DNA of 64,000 nt, from the NCBI GenBank assembly GCA_020344315.1, contig CP070820.1:30682-94681 (forward strand), written 5' to 3'. A program made the translations under genes and the position numbers. This stretch comes from Candidatus Bathyarchaeum sp. Lineage in GTDB: Archaea; Thermoproteota; Bathyarchaeia; Bathyarchaeales; Bathyarchaeaceae. A model generated the notes under the pieces. It was not told the DNA's origin. It ran no database searches and saw nothing but the letters and a program-made list of their open reading frames with translations. Positions 1-9,938 of this stretch are shown in pieces; position 1 is the stretch's first letter; each line of letters begins with the position of its first letter.

Positions 1-1
1 C

Positions 2-274
2 GAGCCTGATCCTCAAGCAGCTGAACCGCCCTTTGAAGTTTCTGGCATGGTTGCGCGTCAGCCTTACACTCATCCGAACGACGATTTCGTACAGCCTGGT
101 GCTCTTTATCGTAAAGTTATGACTGACCAAGATCGGGATCACCTGATCGGCAACATAGTGTCTCATCTGTGCAATGCTAAGAAGGACATCCAGATTCGGC
201 AGGCGAGGATCTTCTACAAGGCTGACACAGAATACGGTCAAAGGGTCGCTGAAGGCCTTAAGATAGATCTATAA
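2..274 (+). CDS. Heme catalase, C-terminal fragment (gene begins upstream of the window)
   Basis: The frame is open from the window edge. The tail PYTHPNDDFVQPGALYRKVMTDQDRDHLIGNIVSHL...IQIRQARIFYKADTEYGQRVAEGL looks like the conserved C-terminal helical part of monofunctional catalases. Confidence 0.8.
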   Translation, partial: EPDPQAAEPPFEVSGMVARQPYTHPNDDFVQPGALYRKVMTDQDRDHLIGNIVSHLCNAKKDIQIRQARIFYKADTEYGQRVAEGLKIDL

Positions 275-376
275 AAACTGAAAAGTGTGATATACCTGCT
301 CTCTGCAATCCAGCTTCTCTGCTAGTCAAAGAGGGAGACCCCTACAAAAAGTAAGTATCTAGAAAAAGAAGGAAAT

Positions 377-664
377 CTAGTAGATTTCTTTTTCTCCTAT
401 CTTTCGTAATGCTTTGCCTTTGAGTCTCACGGATGGAATTAGGGCTTCTTCAGGTCTCTTCTCAACTGTTCTGCGTTTCACAGATTCACCGCATATACCA
501 CCAGGCAGTAGTCGTCTCTTCACGCATGTGGCGTAACTGCAGTTTGTTACATTGCATTCTTCATCAGTCCATCTGCACCAAACGCGGTTTCCTTGATAGA
601 TGACAGCTCTTTTTAAGCATTTGAATAAACGGCATTTGGGAAAACAGTGTTTAGTTCCAGCCAA
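377..664 (-). CDS. Small Cys-rich basic protein, function unknown
   Basis: 95-aa ORF with 8 Cys in clustered spacing (CFPKCRLFKC, CRWTDEECNVTNCSYATC), suggesting metal binding. It has a TTG start and no internal Met. No family recognised. Confidence 0.35.
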   Translation of the reverse strand: MAGTKHCFPKCRLFKCLKRAVIYQGNRVWCRWTDEECNVTNCSYATCVKRRLLPGGICGESVKRRTVEKRPEEALIPSVRLKGKALRKIGEKEIY

Positions 665-867
665 TATGTGCCACGTCCTTCACATGAACAAAAATTTCTT
701 CGAAGTTGATGTAACCAGCAAATATGCTTCGGCGATGGAAAGTTATAAGTTTTTTGTTTTTTCCCTCCACCTTTAGAATTCGGATTCCTTTCAACCTGTG
801 AAACAGTTACAGAGAAATTAAGAAAGAAAATGGGAAGGATAACTCCTTTCTTAGATGTCTGTGTTGT

Positions 868-1872
868 TCACTCTTTGAAGTGTGGAATCACTTGCTCGCT
901 TATGAGGTCGATGGATTTTCGGGCGTTGGGACCTATGGGTGATCCTACAACGAACTGGGTTATTCCTGCTTTAAGCAGCCGGGTGATCTTTTGAATGCAT
1001 ACGTCGGGAGTGCCTGCGATCGAGAAGGCTTCTATCATATCTGGTGAGACTGAACCAAAGGCTCCACCGAAATCTCCTTTTTTCAAGGCTCCTCGAATCT
1101 CATTTGCTTTATCCAAGTCTATTCCATGCCTCTCCAGTATCACGTTTGGGCTGCCGGCAACTATGAAGGCAACTACGGGAGAAGCTGCCTTTGTTGCTTT
1201 TTCAGGTTTCTTGTGCACCGAGAAGGATGTGTAGGCTGTGACATCTATGTCAGCTAAATTCTTTCCCGCTTCGTTGACTCCCATCTTTATTTGTCCAACA
1301 GCGTAATCTATGTCTTTGGGATGGGAAGCGTTTATGAGAACTCCGTCGCCGATTTTTCCTGCTGTCGCAAGCATCTTGGGTCCTTGGGCTCCTATGTAAA
1401 CTGGAATTTGTCCTCTTGGTTTGAAGTTGAATTTGGTGCCCTTTACTTGGAAAACTTTTCCTTCGTAAGTTACGCTCTTTCCATCCAGCATTGCCTTGAA
1501 GATTGTGATGGCGTCTACAACTGCTGATAATTGTTTCTTAGCTTCTATTCCCGTGGATGCAAGGGTAGTCTTGTCTCCTGCACCCATGCCTAATACCACT
1601 CGTCCCGGAGCCATCTCATCCAGCGAAGCTAGGGACTGGGCGGTCATGACAGGGTTGACGAGGTATGGGTTGGTTACTCCTGGGCCGAAGATGATTTTTT
1701 TGGTGTAGATTGCTGTTGCTGCTAGGGTGACGTAGACGTTGCGGTTGTTGTAGTGGTCTGTTATCCAGAGGTTGTCGAAGCCTCGTTTCTCAGACTGAAC
1801 TGCATAGTAGACTGTTTTCCAGTAGGCTTCCTTGGGGACGAATTCTATTCCAAATTTAACCACATCACACAC
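868..1872 (-). CDS. mer: F420-dependent 5,10-methylenetetrahydromethanopterin reductase (Mer, LLM class)
   Basis: N-terminus KFGIEFVP...WITDHYNNRNVY...GPGVTNPY...LDEMAPGRVVLGMGAGD matches the Mer signature almost residue for residue. The 334-aa length is typical. Confidence 0.85.
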   Translation of the reverse strand: MCDVVKFGIEFVPKEAYWKTVYYAVQSEKRGFDNLWITDHYNNRNVYVTLAATAIYTKKIIFGPGVTNPYLVNPVMTAQSLASLDEMAPGRVVLGMGAGDKTTLASTGIEAKKQLSAVVDAITIFKAMLDGKSVTYEGKVFQVKGTKFNFKPRGQIPVYIGAQGPKMLATAGKIGDGVLINASHPKDIDYAVGQIKMGVNEAGKNLADIDVTAYTSFSVHKKPEKATKAASPVVAFIVAGSPNVILERHGIDLDKANEIRGALKKGDFGGAFGSVSPDMIEAFSIAGTPDVCIQKITRLLKAGITQFVVGSPIGPNARKSIDLISEQVIPHFKE

Positions 1873-1875
1873 CTC

Positions 1876-2172
1876 CTAGGCTATTGTCTCTTTGAGGGCT
1901 TTAGCAACCTCCGCTAACTGGCACTCTTGCTCCAGAAACTCCGTTGTCTTCTCAAGCTCTAAGACAGCGGCTGTTTCAAGGAGCACTGCAAGACCAACTT
2001 CATTATCAAAGGTACTCGTCTGCCATTGGAGAAGGAAGCATTGTGCCATGCCGCTAGTCAATTTCTTCTCCTTCTTAGACTTTAGCACATAGTTCAGGAG
2101 TTTTTCTGAAATAGCTCCTCGTTTTTCAACGGGAATCATTTTAACAATTTTCGGGTAATCCACACTATACAC
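1876..2172 (-). CDS. Hypothetical protein, apparently co-transcribed with mer
   Basis: 98-aa ORF ending 3 nt before the mer start on the same strand. No recognisable motif. Confidence 0.45.
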   Translation of the reverse strand: MYSVDYPKIVKMIPVEKRGAISEKLLNYVLKSKKEKKLTSGMAQCFLLQWQTSTFDNEVGLAVLLETAAVLELEKTTEFLEQECQLAEVAKALKETIA

Positions 2173-2248
2173 CTTCTTTCTGCACCACGTAGTTTTTATT
2201 ACATCGATTTAATCTTTATCCCTTCTAGGACATTGGCAGGTTGAAAAT

Positions 2249-3205
2249 TTGCAATCTTTGGTTCCAGACGAAATCCTTCGCATGCTGCAGAGGCAAAAAT
2301 ACCATCTAGTGGGTAGGCACTCGGCTGCCAAACGGTGCAGATGGTTATACAACAGCATAGTTCAAGACAGAACCTGCTACAAACAGAAATTTTATGGAAT
2401 AAAGAGTCACCAGTGCCTGCAGATGACGCCATCAATATTTCATTGCACCCTGAGTTGCGTTTTTTGTTGGCGTGCCCAGAGCGGAGACCACGACTTACGA
2501 TGGGACGAAACTCGGCTGCCAACATGGGATGACCCTGAAGAGATAATTGATGGATGTATCCGAGAGCAGAAACGGATATTGACGGGATACAAAGCAACCC
2601 CCAACGCAGACCAAAAGAAACGTTTGGAAGCGCTCACGCCTAAGCACGCAGCCATAAGCCTGACAGGCGAACCTACACTCTACCCGCATCTTGACGGTTT
2701 GATCAAAGGCTTTCACAAACGAGGCTTCACCACTTTTCTGGTCTCCAACGGAACAGTCCCCGAGATTCTCTCCAATCTAAGCGAAGAACCCACCCAACTA
2801 TACATCTCGGTCTCAGCCTTCAATCAGAAAACCTTTTCACAGGTCTGCCGTCCCTATGTTCCAGACGCTTGGAAGAAACTTAACGAGACCTTGGCTTTGC
2901 TTCCCAGCTTCAAGTGTCCCACTGTAATCAGATTGACTCTGGCGCGACATCTAAACCTGAAACATCCCGAACTGTACGCTCGGCTAATCAGAAAAGCTAA
3001 TCCAACATATGTGGAGCCCAAAGCTTACATGCACGTGGGCTTCTCAAGGCTACGCATGGGCTACAACAACATGCCAACTCAACAGGAAATCAAAGACTTC
3101 GCAGCTCAGCTAGCCCGAGAAATGGGCTACAACATCCTTGATGAAGCTCCGGAGAGCCGGGTGGTTCTGCTTAGCCGCTTGGAAAAGGCTATTAAGCATG
3201 CCTAA
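2249..3205 (+). CDS. taw1: tRNA 4-demethylwyosine synthase (radical SAM, Taw1/TYW1)
   Basis: LQRQKYHLVGRHSAAKRCRWL, a second Cys cluster CTLSCVFCWR, then SLTGEPTLYP...FLVSNG. This is the two-cluster TYW1 layout. TTG start. Confidence 0.85.
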   Translation: MQSLVPDEILRMLQRQKYHLVGRHSAAKRCRWLYNSIVQDRTCYKQKFYGIKSHQCLQMTPSIFHCTLSCVFCWRAQSGDHDLRWDETRLPTWDDPEEIIDGCIREQKRILTGYKATPNADQKKRLEALTPKHAAISLTGEPTLYPHLDGLIKGFHKRGFTTFLVSNGTVPEILSNLSEEPTQLYISVSAFNQKTFSQVCRPYVPDAWKKLNETLALLPSFKCPTVIRLTLARHLNLKHPELYARLIRKANPTYVEPKAYMHVGFSRLRMGYNNMPTQQEIKDFAAQLAREMGYNILDEAPESRVVLLSRLEKAIKHA

Positions 3206-3229
3206 GCTTCATTTTGAGCGTTTCTGGCT

Positions 3230-3880
3230 GTGAAGATAATGTCGTTGAAAGCGATTCTTGAAAAGATACAGAAAGAATTAAGTGAAAGAGAGCAGGTGCG
3301 GGAAGAGGTTTATAGGGACATGCGGAAAGCAACGCGCCTCTCCAAACAAGCCATACAGGTCACCCACCAAGAGAGATTTGATGACGCAAAAGCCATGATT
3401 GAGGAAGCAAAGGAACTTTTTGCAAAGCTTCGAGAGATCGTGAAAGTTTATCCGGACCTGTTTTACAGCGGTTCTGTTGGAGCCGCCTTTGAAGAACATG
3501 CTGAAGCAAACATACTGCTTACGTTGATTCAGGAAGACCTGTTTGTTAACCCAGAGGAAATAGGTGTCCCCTTTACTCCTTTTGTGTTGGCTTTGGGGGA
3601 TGTGGTTGGGGAGCTTAGACGTAGAGCTCTCGACTTGATCCGGAAGGGAGATGTGGGGGCGGCTGAGAAGAGTTTAGAGTGGATGGAGCACATCTATTCT
3701 GAACTGACGGCTCTGGATGACGCCTACATAATCATTAAGGGTCTTAGAAGAAAGGGTGACGTTGCCAGACGTCTCATCGAAATCACCAGAGGAGACATAA
3801 CCAGCGAGGTCCGAAGAAGCGCACTGGAACAATCCATTTCAAAGTTAGAGAAGACAATTGATAAAGAGAGACAAGACTGA
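3230..3880 (+). CDS. Translin-family protein (archaeal translin/TRAX-like)
   Basis: All-helical protein with EEHAEANILL and LALGDVVGELRRRALD motifs typical of the translin family. The ATG at 3239 is the more likely start. Confidence 0.65.
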   Translation: MKIMSLKAILEKIQKELSEREQVREEVYRDMRKATRLSKQAIQVTHQERFDDAKAMIEEAKELFAKLREIVKVYPDLFYSGSVGAAFEEHAEANILLTLIQEDLFVNPEEIGVPFTPFVLALGDVVGELRRRALDLIRKGDVGAAEKSLEWMEHIYSELTALDDAYIIIKGLRRKGDVARRLIEITRGDITSEVRRSALEQSISKLEKTIDKERQD

Positions 3881-3906
3881 AATCAAAAATTTTGGAAGCA
3901 TAGGAG

Positions 3907-4584
3907 TTGCCGAGAAAGCTCAGTCCAAAGTTTTCGGTCAAGAAAGCCCATGCCATGCAACAGCGCCTGTCCAAGAAGCTTATTCTCGAAGATACCTTAC
4001 CTGAGACTGTTGAGTTTGTGGCTGGGGTGGACATTGCATATCTGGAGGGAACCTCTGTTGGAGCAGTGGCTGTCCTTGAACTCGCCTCCTTATCCCAAGT
4101 TGAATCCCAAGTAGCCCACGTTCAAACCCGTTTCCCTTACATTCCCACCCTCTTGTCCTTCAGGGAAATCCCGCCAGCCTACTCATCAATAAGAAGACTC
4201 AGCATAGAACCGGACGTTCTTCTGGTTGACGGACAAGGATATGCTCATCCCCATGGTCTAGGTTTTGCATCTCATCTGGGCTTGCTTCTGGATAAGCCGA
4301 CGATTGGGGTGGCGAAGAGTCTGCTGTGCGGGAGGATAGAACAGGTTGGAGAGTGTGGGTGGGCACCGCTTAACTATAAGGGCGAGGTTATAGGCGCTGA
4401 GGTCGTCACAAAATCTGGAACCAAACCAGTTTACGTCAGCGTTGGTCACAAAGTCTCGTTGGAGAGAGCGATAAAGATCGTTATGGAATGTAGAGGAAAG
4501 TATAGAATACCTGAGCCGGTTCGAAGAGCCCACATGTTAGCGAATGAGGAAAAAAGGAGACTTAACAGGTCCTTCTCGCAATGA
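3907..4584 (+). CDS. nfi: Endonuclease V
   Basis: VAGVDIAY...FPYIPTLLSFREIP...LLVDGQGYAHPHGLGFASHLGLLLDKPTIGVAKS is the EndoV catalytic core. Confidence 0.85.
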   Translation: MPRKLSPKFSVKKAHAMQQRLSKKLILEDTLPETVEFVAGVDIAYLEGTSVGAVAVLELASLSQVESQVAHVQTRFPYIPTLLSFREIPPAYSSIRRLSIEPDVLLVDGQGYAHPHGLGFASHLGLLLDKPTIGVAKSLLCGRIEQVGECGWAPLNYKGEVIGAEVVTKSGTKPVYVSVGHKVSLERAIKIVMECRGKYRIPEPVRRAHMLANEEKRRLNRSFSQ

Positions 4585-4673
4585 TATTCATTCATTAAAT
4601 TCTTGGTTTAATAGGATTCCAATTCTTACACAATTCATAAAAAGAAGCTGTGAACTTTAATTGTTGATCCATC

Positions 4674-6029
4674 ATGAGAAAGCACAAAATCATTATCCTT
4701 GTTCTGTCTCTGTTGATGACCCTGGTGTATGTACAGGGATTCAAGGTTCCAACTGCAGATGCTTCCACACTTTATCAAGGGGACCTGATACTTACTGGGA
4801 ACAATGTGACCATTATTGAGGGAAGGTTTGACATCAACGGAAGCATAATAGTGGAAGACAACGCTACATTATACTTGAAAAATGCCATTCTTGACTTTAA
4901 TCAGAGTCAACCCAATCAGTACATTCGGTTTATGCATCCGTCAAATGGTAATCCTCGTTTCATAGCCGAAAACTCAACAATAACAAGATACTATTTAATG
5001 ACGATTTCTTTTTACGGAAACAGTACTGCCACAATTAATAATTCCACAATTTATTGCACCTTTGATTGCGGCTCCAATTCTGTGATTTCAATCTCGAATA
5101 ATTCCCATATTGATGGAACTTGCTATGCAAGAAAATCCTCAACCCTAAACATGCATAATTCGAGAATAGAGAGACTCAGTAGTCACGAGTCTTCCGAGGT
5201 TGAAATCTACGACTCAGAACTCGATTACCTTTCTACAAGAGGCCTATCAGTGAATTGTACAATTTCCAAACTTGAGCCAGGTCTTGTCAGTTATTGGAAT
5301 TTTGTTAGTAATTGTTCTGTGGACGTTCTGTCTGGAGACTCTACACCAAATTTGTCATTAACTAACACAAACGTGAATAGATGGACTTTTGATTTCTACG
5401 GTACCACTAATGCCACAATATCAAACTCAATAATTGGTTCTGTTTATGCACGTGACTCTTCCGTCTTATCTCTCAAATCAAGCACTAATCAGTATATTTA
5501 CGCAGGGTCTTCTGCATTGCTATTTATTGAAGACTCGCAATTCACTGAAATACGTCCCTACGATAACTCAACTTGGTGGTTACTGAACACAACCTACAAC
5601 AAAATCTACCCTAGACTTAGTTATTTAGGCAAGCTTTATGTCAGCTGGTACCTAGATGTTCATGTAGTCGACTCGATAGACCAAAATGTTCCTTCTACCA
5701 GCGTCACGTTAACTTCTCCAAACTCGATGGTAGCTGATTCAAAACTCACCGATGCCAATGGTTGGGCTAGATTTTCTTTGATGGAAAAAATCGTCAACGC
5801 CTCTGATACAGATTATATGCCTGGCGAACACCTAGTTGGAGACTATACTGTTGAAGCCACTTACGAATCTTACTTAGACGAAACAACAGTGAATATGACA
5901 GAAAACAAAGAGGTCACTCTTACATTGGGGGGCTTTATAGTCCCAGAGTTTCCATCATGGATCATCTTGCCACTATTCATAACAGCAACTATTGCAGTAA
6001 TAATTTACAGAAGAAAACTGCAAAAATAG
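4674..6029 (+). CDS. Secreted N-glycosylation-rich surface protein with C-terminal PEF-CTERM sorting signal
   Basis: It has a signal peptide and many NxS/T sequons in repetitive beta-strand-like units. A CarboxypepD_reg-like module follows (GDYTVEATYESY). The tail PEFPSWIILPLFITATIAVIIYRRKLQK is PEF, a TM helix, then a basic end. Confidence 0.8.
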   Translation: MRKHKIIILVLSLLMTLVYVQGFKVPTADASTLYQGDLILTGNNVTIIEGRFDINGSIIVEDNATLYLKNAILDFNQSQPNQYIRFMHPSNGNPRFIAENSTITRYYLMTISFYGNSTATINNSTIYCTFDCGSNSVISISNNSHIDGTCYARKSSTLNMHNSRIERLSSHESSEVEIYDSELDYLSTRGLSVNCTISKLEPGLVSYWNFVSNCSVDVLSGDSTPNLSLTNTNVNRWTFDFYGTTNATISNSIIGSVYARDSSVLSLKSSTNQYIYAGSSALLFIEDSQFTEIRPYDNSTWWLLNTTYNKIYPRLSYLGKLYVSWYLDVHVVDSIDQNVPSTSVTLTSPNSMVADSKLTDANGWARFSLMEKIVNASDTDYMPGEHLVGDYTVEATYESYLDETTVNMTENKEVTLTLGGFIVPEFPSWIILPLFITATIAVIIYRRKLQK

Positions 6030-6102
6030 ATTATCATCTGAAAAGCAGTCAAAACGAGGCATAATATTTTGATTTCAGAGGAAGATCCACGTTTCTAGGT
6101 GT

Positions 6103-6567
6103 TTAGTTCTCGGTAAACACACACTCATCGTATTCTCTTTCTAGCTTATTCTTGTGTCCCAGCTCTTCCTGCGCCAGTTTGGAGAAGAGTTCACCCATGG
6201 CTGTTCCTCTGAGTCCCAGAGCCAATGTTTTGTAGTAGTCATAGGTGCTCTTTTCTCGTTTCGCTGCATAAACAAGAATCGCCTCGTAATCCGACCCCTC
6301 GGTTAAAGGAGTGTCCTCGAACATGTCAACGATCTTGAGGTCCTGAACCGCACCACCGTGGGAACCCAGTTCTGAAATCTTGCTTTTATCTTTCATTATC
6401 GCTTCAAGTTTCTCTTTATGGTGTCGTTCTTCCTCTACCAGTTCCTTGAGGAAGACCCTGGATGATGGATACTTGGCATTCTCCAGTGCCATGGTGTAAA
6501 GGGCAATGGATTGTTCTTCAACCTTTACTGCGGCTTCAATAATCGCTTTCCAATTTTGCTCAGACAA
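6103..6567 (-). CDS. Rubrerythrin/ferritin-like diiron protein
   Basis: Two E...ExxH helices (EEERHHKEKLE and QEELGHKNKLE) in a four-helix-bundle-sized protein of 154 aa. Confidence 0.75.
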   Translation of the reverse strand: MSEQNWKAIIEAAVKVEEQSIALYTMALENAKYPSSRVFLKELVEEERHHKEKLEAIMKDKSKISELGSHGGAVQDLKIVDMFEDTPLTEGSDYEAILVYAAKREKSTYDYYKTLALGLRGTAMGELFSKLAQEELGHKNKLEREYDECVFTEN

Positions 6568-6630
6568 GACATTTGCCTCCCAGAAACTTTGTTGGGTCGC
6601 TTATGGAACATAAACTTTTCGCGAACTTTC

Positions 6631-6789
6631 TTAACAGAAAGCCGCCACCATCTCATAGGTTACGCAGATAGCCAGTTCTTCTTCAGAGGTTGTGCGCTCC
6701 TCAACCTTGATCTCATCCTTGGAGCATTCGCCATCCACCCATTGTTTACAATCCCTTCTATCGCAGATAATTTTGGTCAACAGCCTCAC
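6631..6789 (-). CDS. Unlisted small Cys-motif ORF (52 aa, DUF1540-like pattern) upstream of the rubrerythrin gene
   Basis: Hand translation gives (V)RLLTKIICDRRDCKQWVDGECSKDEIKVEERTTSEEELAICVTYEMVAAFC. It uses a GTG start, or TTG at codon 4, preceded by GGAGGGTGAGG. It is on the same strand as the rubrerythrin gene, 63 nt upstream of it. Confidence 0.35.
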   Translation of the reverse strand: MRLLTKIICDRRDCKQWVDGECSKDEIKVEERTTSEEELAICVTYEMVAAFC

Positions 6790-7252
6790 CCTCCATGACT
6801 TTCTGAAATAGAAGACTCCTGACTAAAAGCGTTTTGTTCCTCCAAACAATCGTTTGAGTAGCGGAGACTGTGAAGATTTACCTATACTTGGCTTGTGTAG
6901 AAGATAGACAGTCAACTGTCAAAAAAATTGCATGTGCGAAGTAGTCATTTTTAGTTGTTTAATTTTTTTCTATATGAGTGGGGGAAGTTGTAAACAACCT
7001 AGCGTACTTTAGGATGTTGATTTTTCTATGGATTTTATGCTACTCTTTACCCTTCAGCATCAAAAGAAAAGGGTTTCCTGAGGCTCAACACGGGCAGTCT
7101 AAAGGAGAAGAAAAATGAAAATTCCAAGCGGCTGATATCGCTTTTGGTAATTTTCATCTTTTCCCGTGGCGACGCCTTTTCAGTCCCTTACTCTTCCAAT
7201 GCTTTACTCCCCATAAAAAAGGGAGGGAAAATTTCTTGGTTTTTTGGTTTTT

Positions 7253-9835
7253 TTATTTGCGAGGTTTAAATGCTGAATAGAGCGCGATTATTAGTGCGAT
7301 GATTACTAGCACAAGTATTGCAATAATGTATGTTGTTTGGCTGCTAATGGACTCTTCAACGTTGCTGACAGAACCCTCTACCGGAGTCAAATCGACTTCT
7401 TCTGCTGCCGGATCCACTGTTACGTAGGTTGATGCTCCTGAGCTACCGTACGAGTCGTCGCCCTCGAAAGAGGCAATGATCTTGTACTTGCCTTTGTCTG
7501 GCGGAGTCCACGTATGGCCGAAGGTGCCATAATATCCATCAGTTGTGGTTGTGCCGATGTCAATGTAACTGCCGTCTGGACCCATAGCCGTCAACATAAC
7601 TGGAACCCCAGTTATCGTCTCATTACCCCAGATTCCGCCGATTGGCCTCTGCATGTGCAAGTACTCCATTTGCAACGCCATTGAATCTTTAGATACACAT
7701 GGAGTGCCGGTCTGAGCCGGAGACATATCAAGTACTGTGCCTTTTATCGTGATGGCGGTTCCTTCTGGTACTGCAATGTCTGGTGCGGTGACTGTTGTGG
7801 CGCTTTTGCCCTTGCCGATAACGTACATAGTTGATTGCCAATCACAGTTAGCTGTTATGTAGCCGTCGGCAATAGTAGCTACCCTCATTGGTGTTGCAAG
7901 TGTCCATATAGCCTCTCCAGTATAAGCATCGATGCAGTGGATCCTCCAGCCTCTTGTAATAGGATGTGTTGTTGTGTGCTCGCTGTTGTAAGTGAAGATC
8001 TTTCCGTCAGCAGCCTTTGAACCACTGTTGAATGAGTACACACCTTTTCCTTCGTTGTCAGTGTATGGTGTTTCGTATGGAACGTTTGGGTGCTTGTAGT
8101 GCCAGACTATGCTTCCGTCGTCCCAGTCAAACGCATAGACACCATCGTAGGCTTGTCTGTAAAGCATACCATATGCTGAAGTTGCATCGTAAGCACCGAA
8201 GCTAGGTTCTGACCAAGGATAATCCATCAATTCACTCTTCCATGCCAAGTTCCCTGTTTGTAGATCATATGCTAGGAAATATCCGCCTATCATCAGCACT
8301 GCGCCTTTTCCGTGGTCAGCAACTGTGCAACTTCCACTGTAATAGCGACCATCGACTACCTTTTCCCACAACTGTTTACCTGTCAACAGACTCATTGCTC
8401 TTACACCTATCTGATTCGATACACCAGTTGAAGCAGGAGTAATACCGTAGACATCAAATGCTATCATTGATTCAAAGTCTTGTGCATCACCTAAGTTAGT
8501 CCAATCTATAGTTATGTTGCTTACTACACGTTCAGAGAAGTCGTCGGTACTTCCGGCTATCGTCCAATTAATCAAATAGCGCTGGCCTTCAATATTCTGT
8601 GTACTTAGCACGTAAGGATCAGCGTAGAAAGTTCCTGACATACCTGGGTACTCTGATACAGATCCGGTTTCTGCGTTAACCTTCCGCATTGTTGAACCAA
8701 GTGAGAAAAGCGTCACTGAGTAACCTGAGCTTTCTGTAGCACCAGGTACTTCAATTCTGCCTCCCTTAGCGTATGAAATATAGCTTGGTGTGTATCCGCC
8801 TTCCGACGTAGGTATTGCGTAGTACATTTCTCCTGTTCGCAGATCGTAACACACAGCACAGCTAGTTGGGACACCATCTATCGACACTGTCATAGTATCG
8901 TAGCATCTTCCAGCATAGACTAGGTTTGGGGTAGCAGATGAATCAGTATCAGTCTGAATTCCAGTCGTTCCTCCAATAAGTCCACCAATACCATCTACTC
9001 GTTTCCACAGCACATGAGCACTGTTTGGTCCTATAACATATGGATAGAACTCATGGTCGGAAGTACTACCACCATATATGTTAGTATCTGCTGGCCAGTA
9101 AGGACCTCCACCAACTATTCCGTTTCCAGGATAGTTTCCTAATATCGGCCACCACTCTCTGTTTTCAGGTGAAACCGGACGTGTCCAGTAATCTGTAGGT
9201 AGCGGAGATGGAGGCCAGGAATATACCATGCCTTCTTGTACGACTAGCGTTTGTTCCCCGGTAGAACTGGGTTTGTAGTAACAATCCTCTGGAAAGTCAT
9301 AGACCACTTCACCTTCTCGTTGTCTGGTTATCCAAGCCCCTTCATATACAGTGTAGTTTCCTGCTGGGAAATAACCTCCCAAGAAGTCAAACTTGAGTGT
9401 CCAGTCGCCAACCTGGTCAACTTGATATTCAAACCAAGCTGTTGCATCTGCACGATACGAATCAACCAAGACGATTTCTTCGTTTCCATCGGGATCTGTG
9501 ATTGTCACCTTGAAGTCTGAGAAGTATCGGCTCACATGAAGCGGTGGTGTAATCCAAAGGTTGACAAGAATAGTCTGCCCATCACCTACAGGGTTAGGTC
9601 TGAAGCTAAGGTATGCTTTGGTTTCAAGCGTCAAATCAGCAGTAACGCCGGAGGGTAGCGGCACCGAACCTCCTTCTTGCATGTTCTCGTATTCATCTTG
9701 AGCTTGCACTGGCGCATTTATCATTAGTATAAATGCAGAAGTTATCAAAAGAACTATGGCGATTGTAGCTGTCAATTTTGTTTTTTTTATTGAAATTTGC
9801 ATTATCTTTCTTTCTCCTTTTTTGAATGGGTTCAT
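7253..9835 (-). CDS. Large cell-surface protein with PQQ-like beta-propeller repeats, N-terminal signal and C-terminal TM anchor
   Basis: Signal-like segment ATIAIVLLITSAFILMINAPVQAQ. Repeats of the type GKQLWEK...LAYDLQTGNLAWK and DGSIVWHY. C-terminus YIIAILVLVIIALIIALYSAFKPRK. Met12 (9802) is an alternative start. Confidence 0.65.
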   Translation of the reverse strand: MNPFKKGERKIMQISIKKTKLTATIAIVLLITSAFILMINAPVQAQDEYENMQEGGSVPLPSGVTADLTLETKAYLSFRPNPVGDGQTILVNLWITPPLHVSRYFSDFKVTITDPDGNEEIVLVDSYRADATAWFEYQVDQVGDWTLKFDFLGGYFPAGNYTVYEGAWITRQREGEVVYDFPEDCYYKPSSTGEQTLVVQEGMVYSWPPSPLPTDYWTRPVSPENREWWPILGNYPGNGIVGGGPYWPADTNIYGGSTSDHEFYPYVIGPNSAHVLWKRVDGIGGLIGGTTGIQTDTDSSATPNLVYAGRCYDTMTVSIDGVPTSCAVCYDLRTGEMYYAIPTSEGGYTPSYISYAKGGRIEVPGATESSGYSVTLFSLGSTMRKVNAETGSVSEYPGMSGTFYADPYVLSTQNIEGQRYLINWTIAGSTDDFSERVVSNITIDWTNLGDAQDFESMIAFDVYGITPASTGVSNQIGVRAMSLLTGKQLWEKVVDGRYYSGSCTVADHGKGAVLMIGGYFLAYDLQTGNLAWKSELMDYPWSEPSFGAYDATSAYGMLYRQAYDGVYAFDWDDGSIVWHYKHPNVPYETPYTDNEGKGVYSFNSGSKAADGKIFTYNSEHTTTHPITRGWRIHCIDAYTGEAIWTLATPMRVATIADGYITANCDWQSTMYVIGKGKSATTVTAPDIAVPEGTAITIKGTVLDMSPAQTGTPCVSKDSMALQMEYLHMQRPIGGIWGNETITGVPVMLTAMGPDGSYIDIGTTTTDGYYGTFGHTWTPPDKGKYKIIASFEGDDSYGSSGASTYVTVDPAAEEVDLTPVEGSVSNVEESISSQTTYIIAILVLVIIALIIALYSAFKPRK

Positions 9836-9938
9836 AAGAATGGTCCAAGTTATAAAATCTAGTAATTACAACATATACTGACAACCAAAAACTATTTAGA
9901 ATCGTTATTGTTTCCTATTTTGATTCTGGTGTGGCGCT

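Noticed and set aside
6511-6798. 95-aa + strand ORF.
   Set aside because: It overlaps the rubrerythrin N-terminus antisense and the better-supported small Cys-motif ORF on the other strand.
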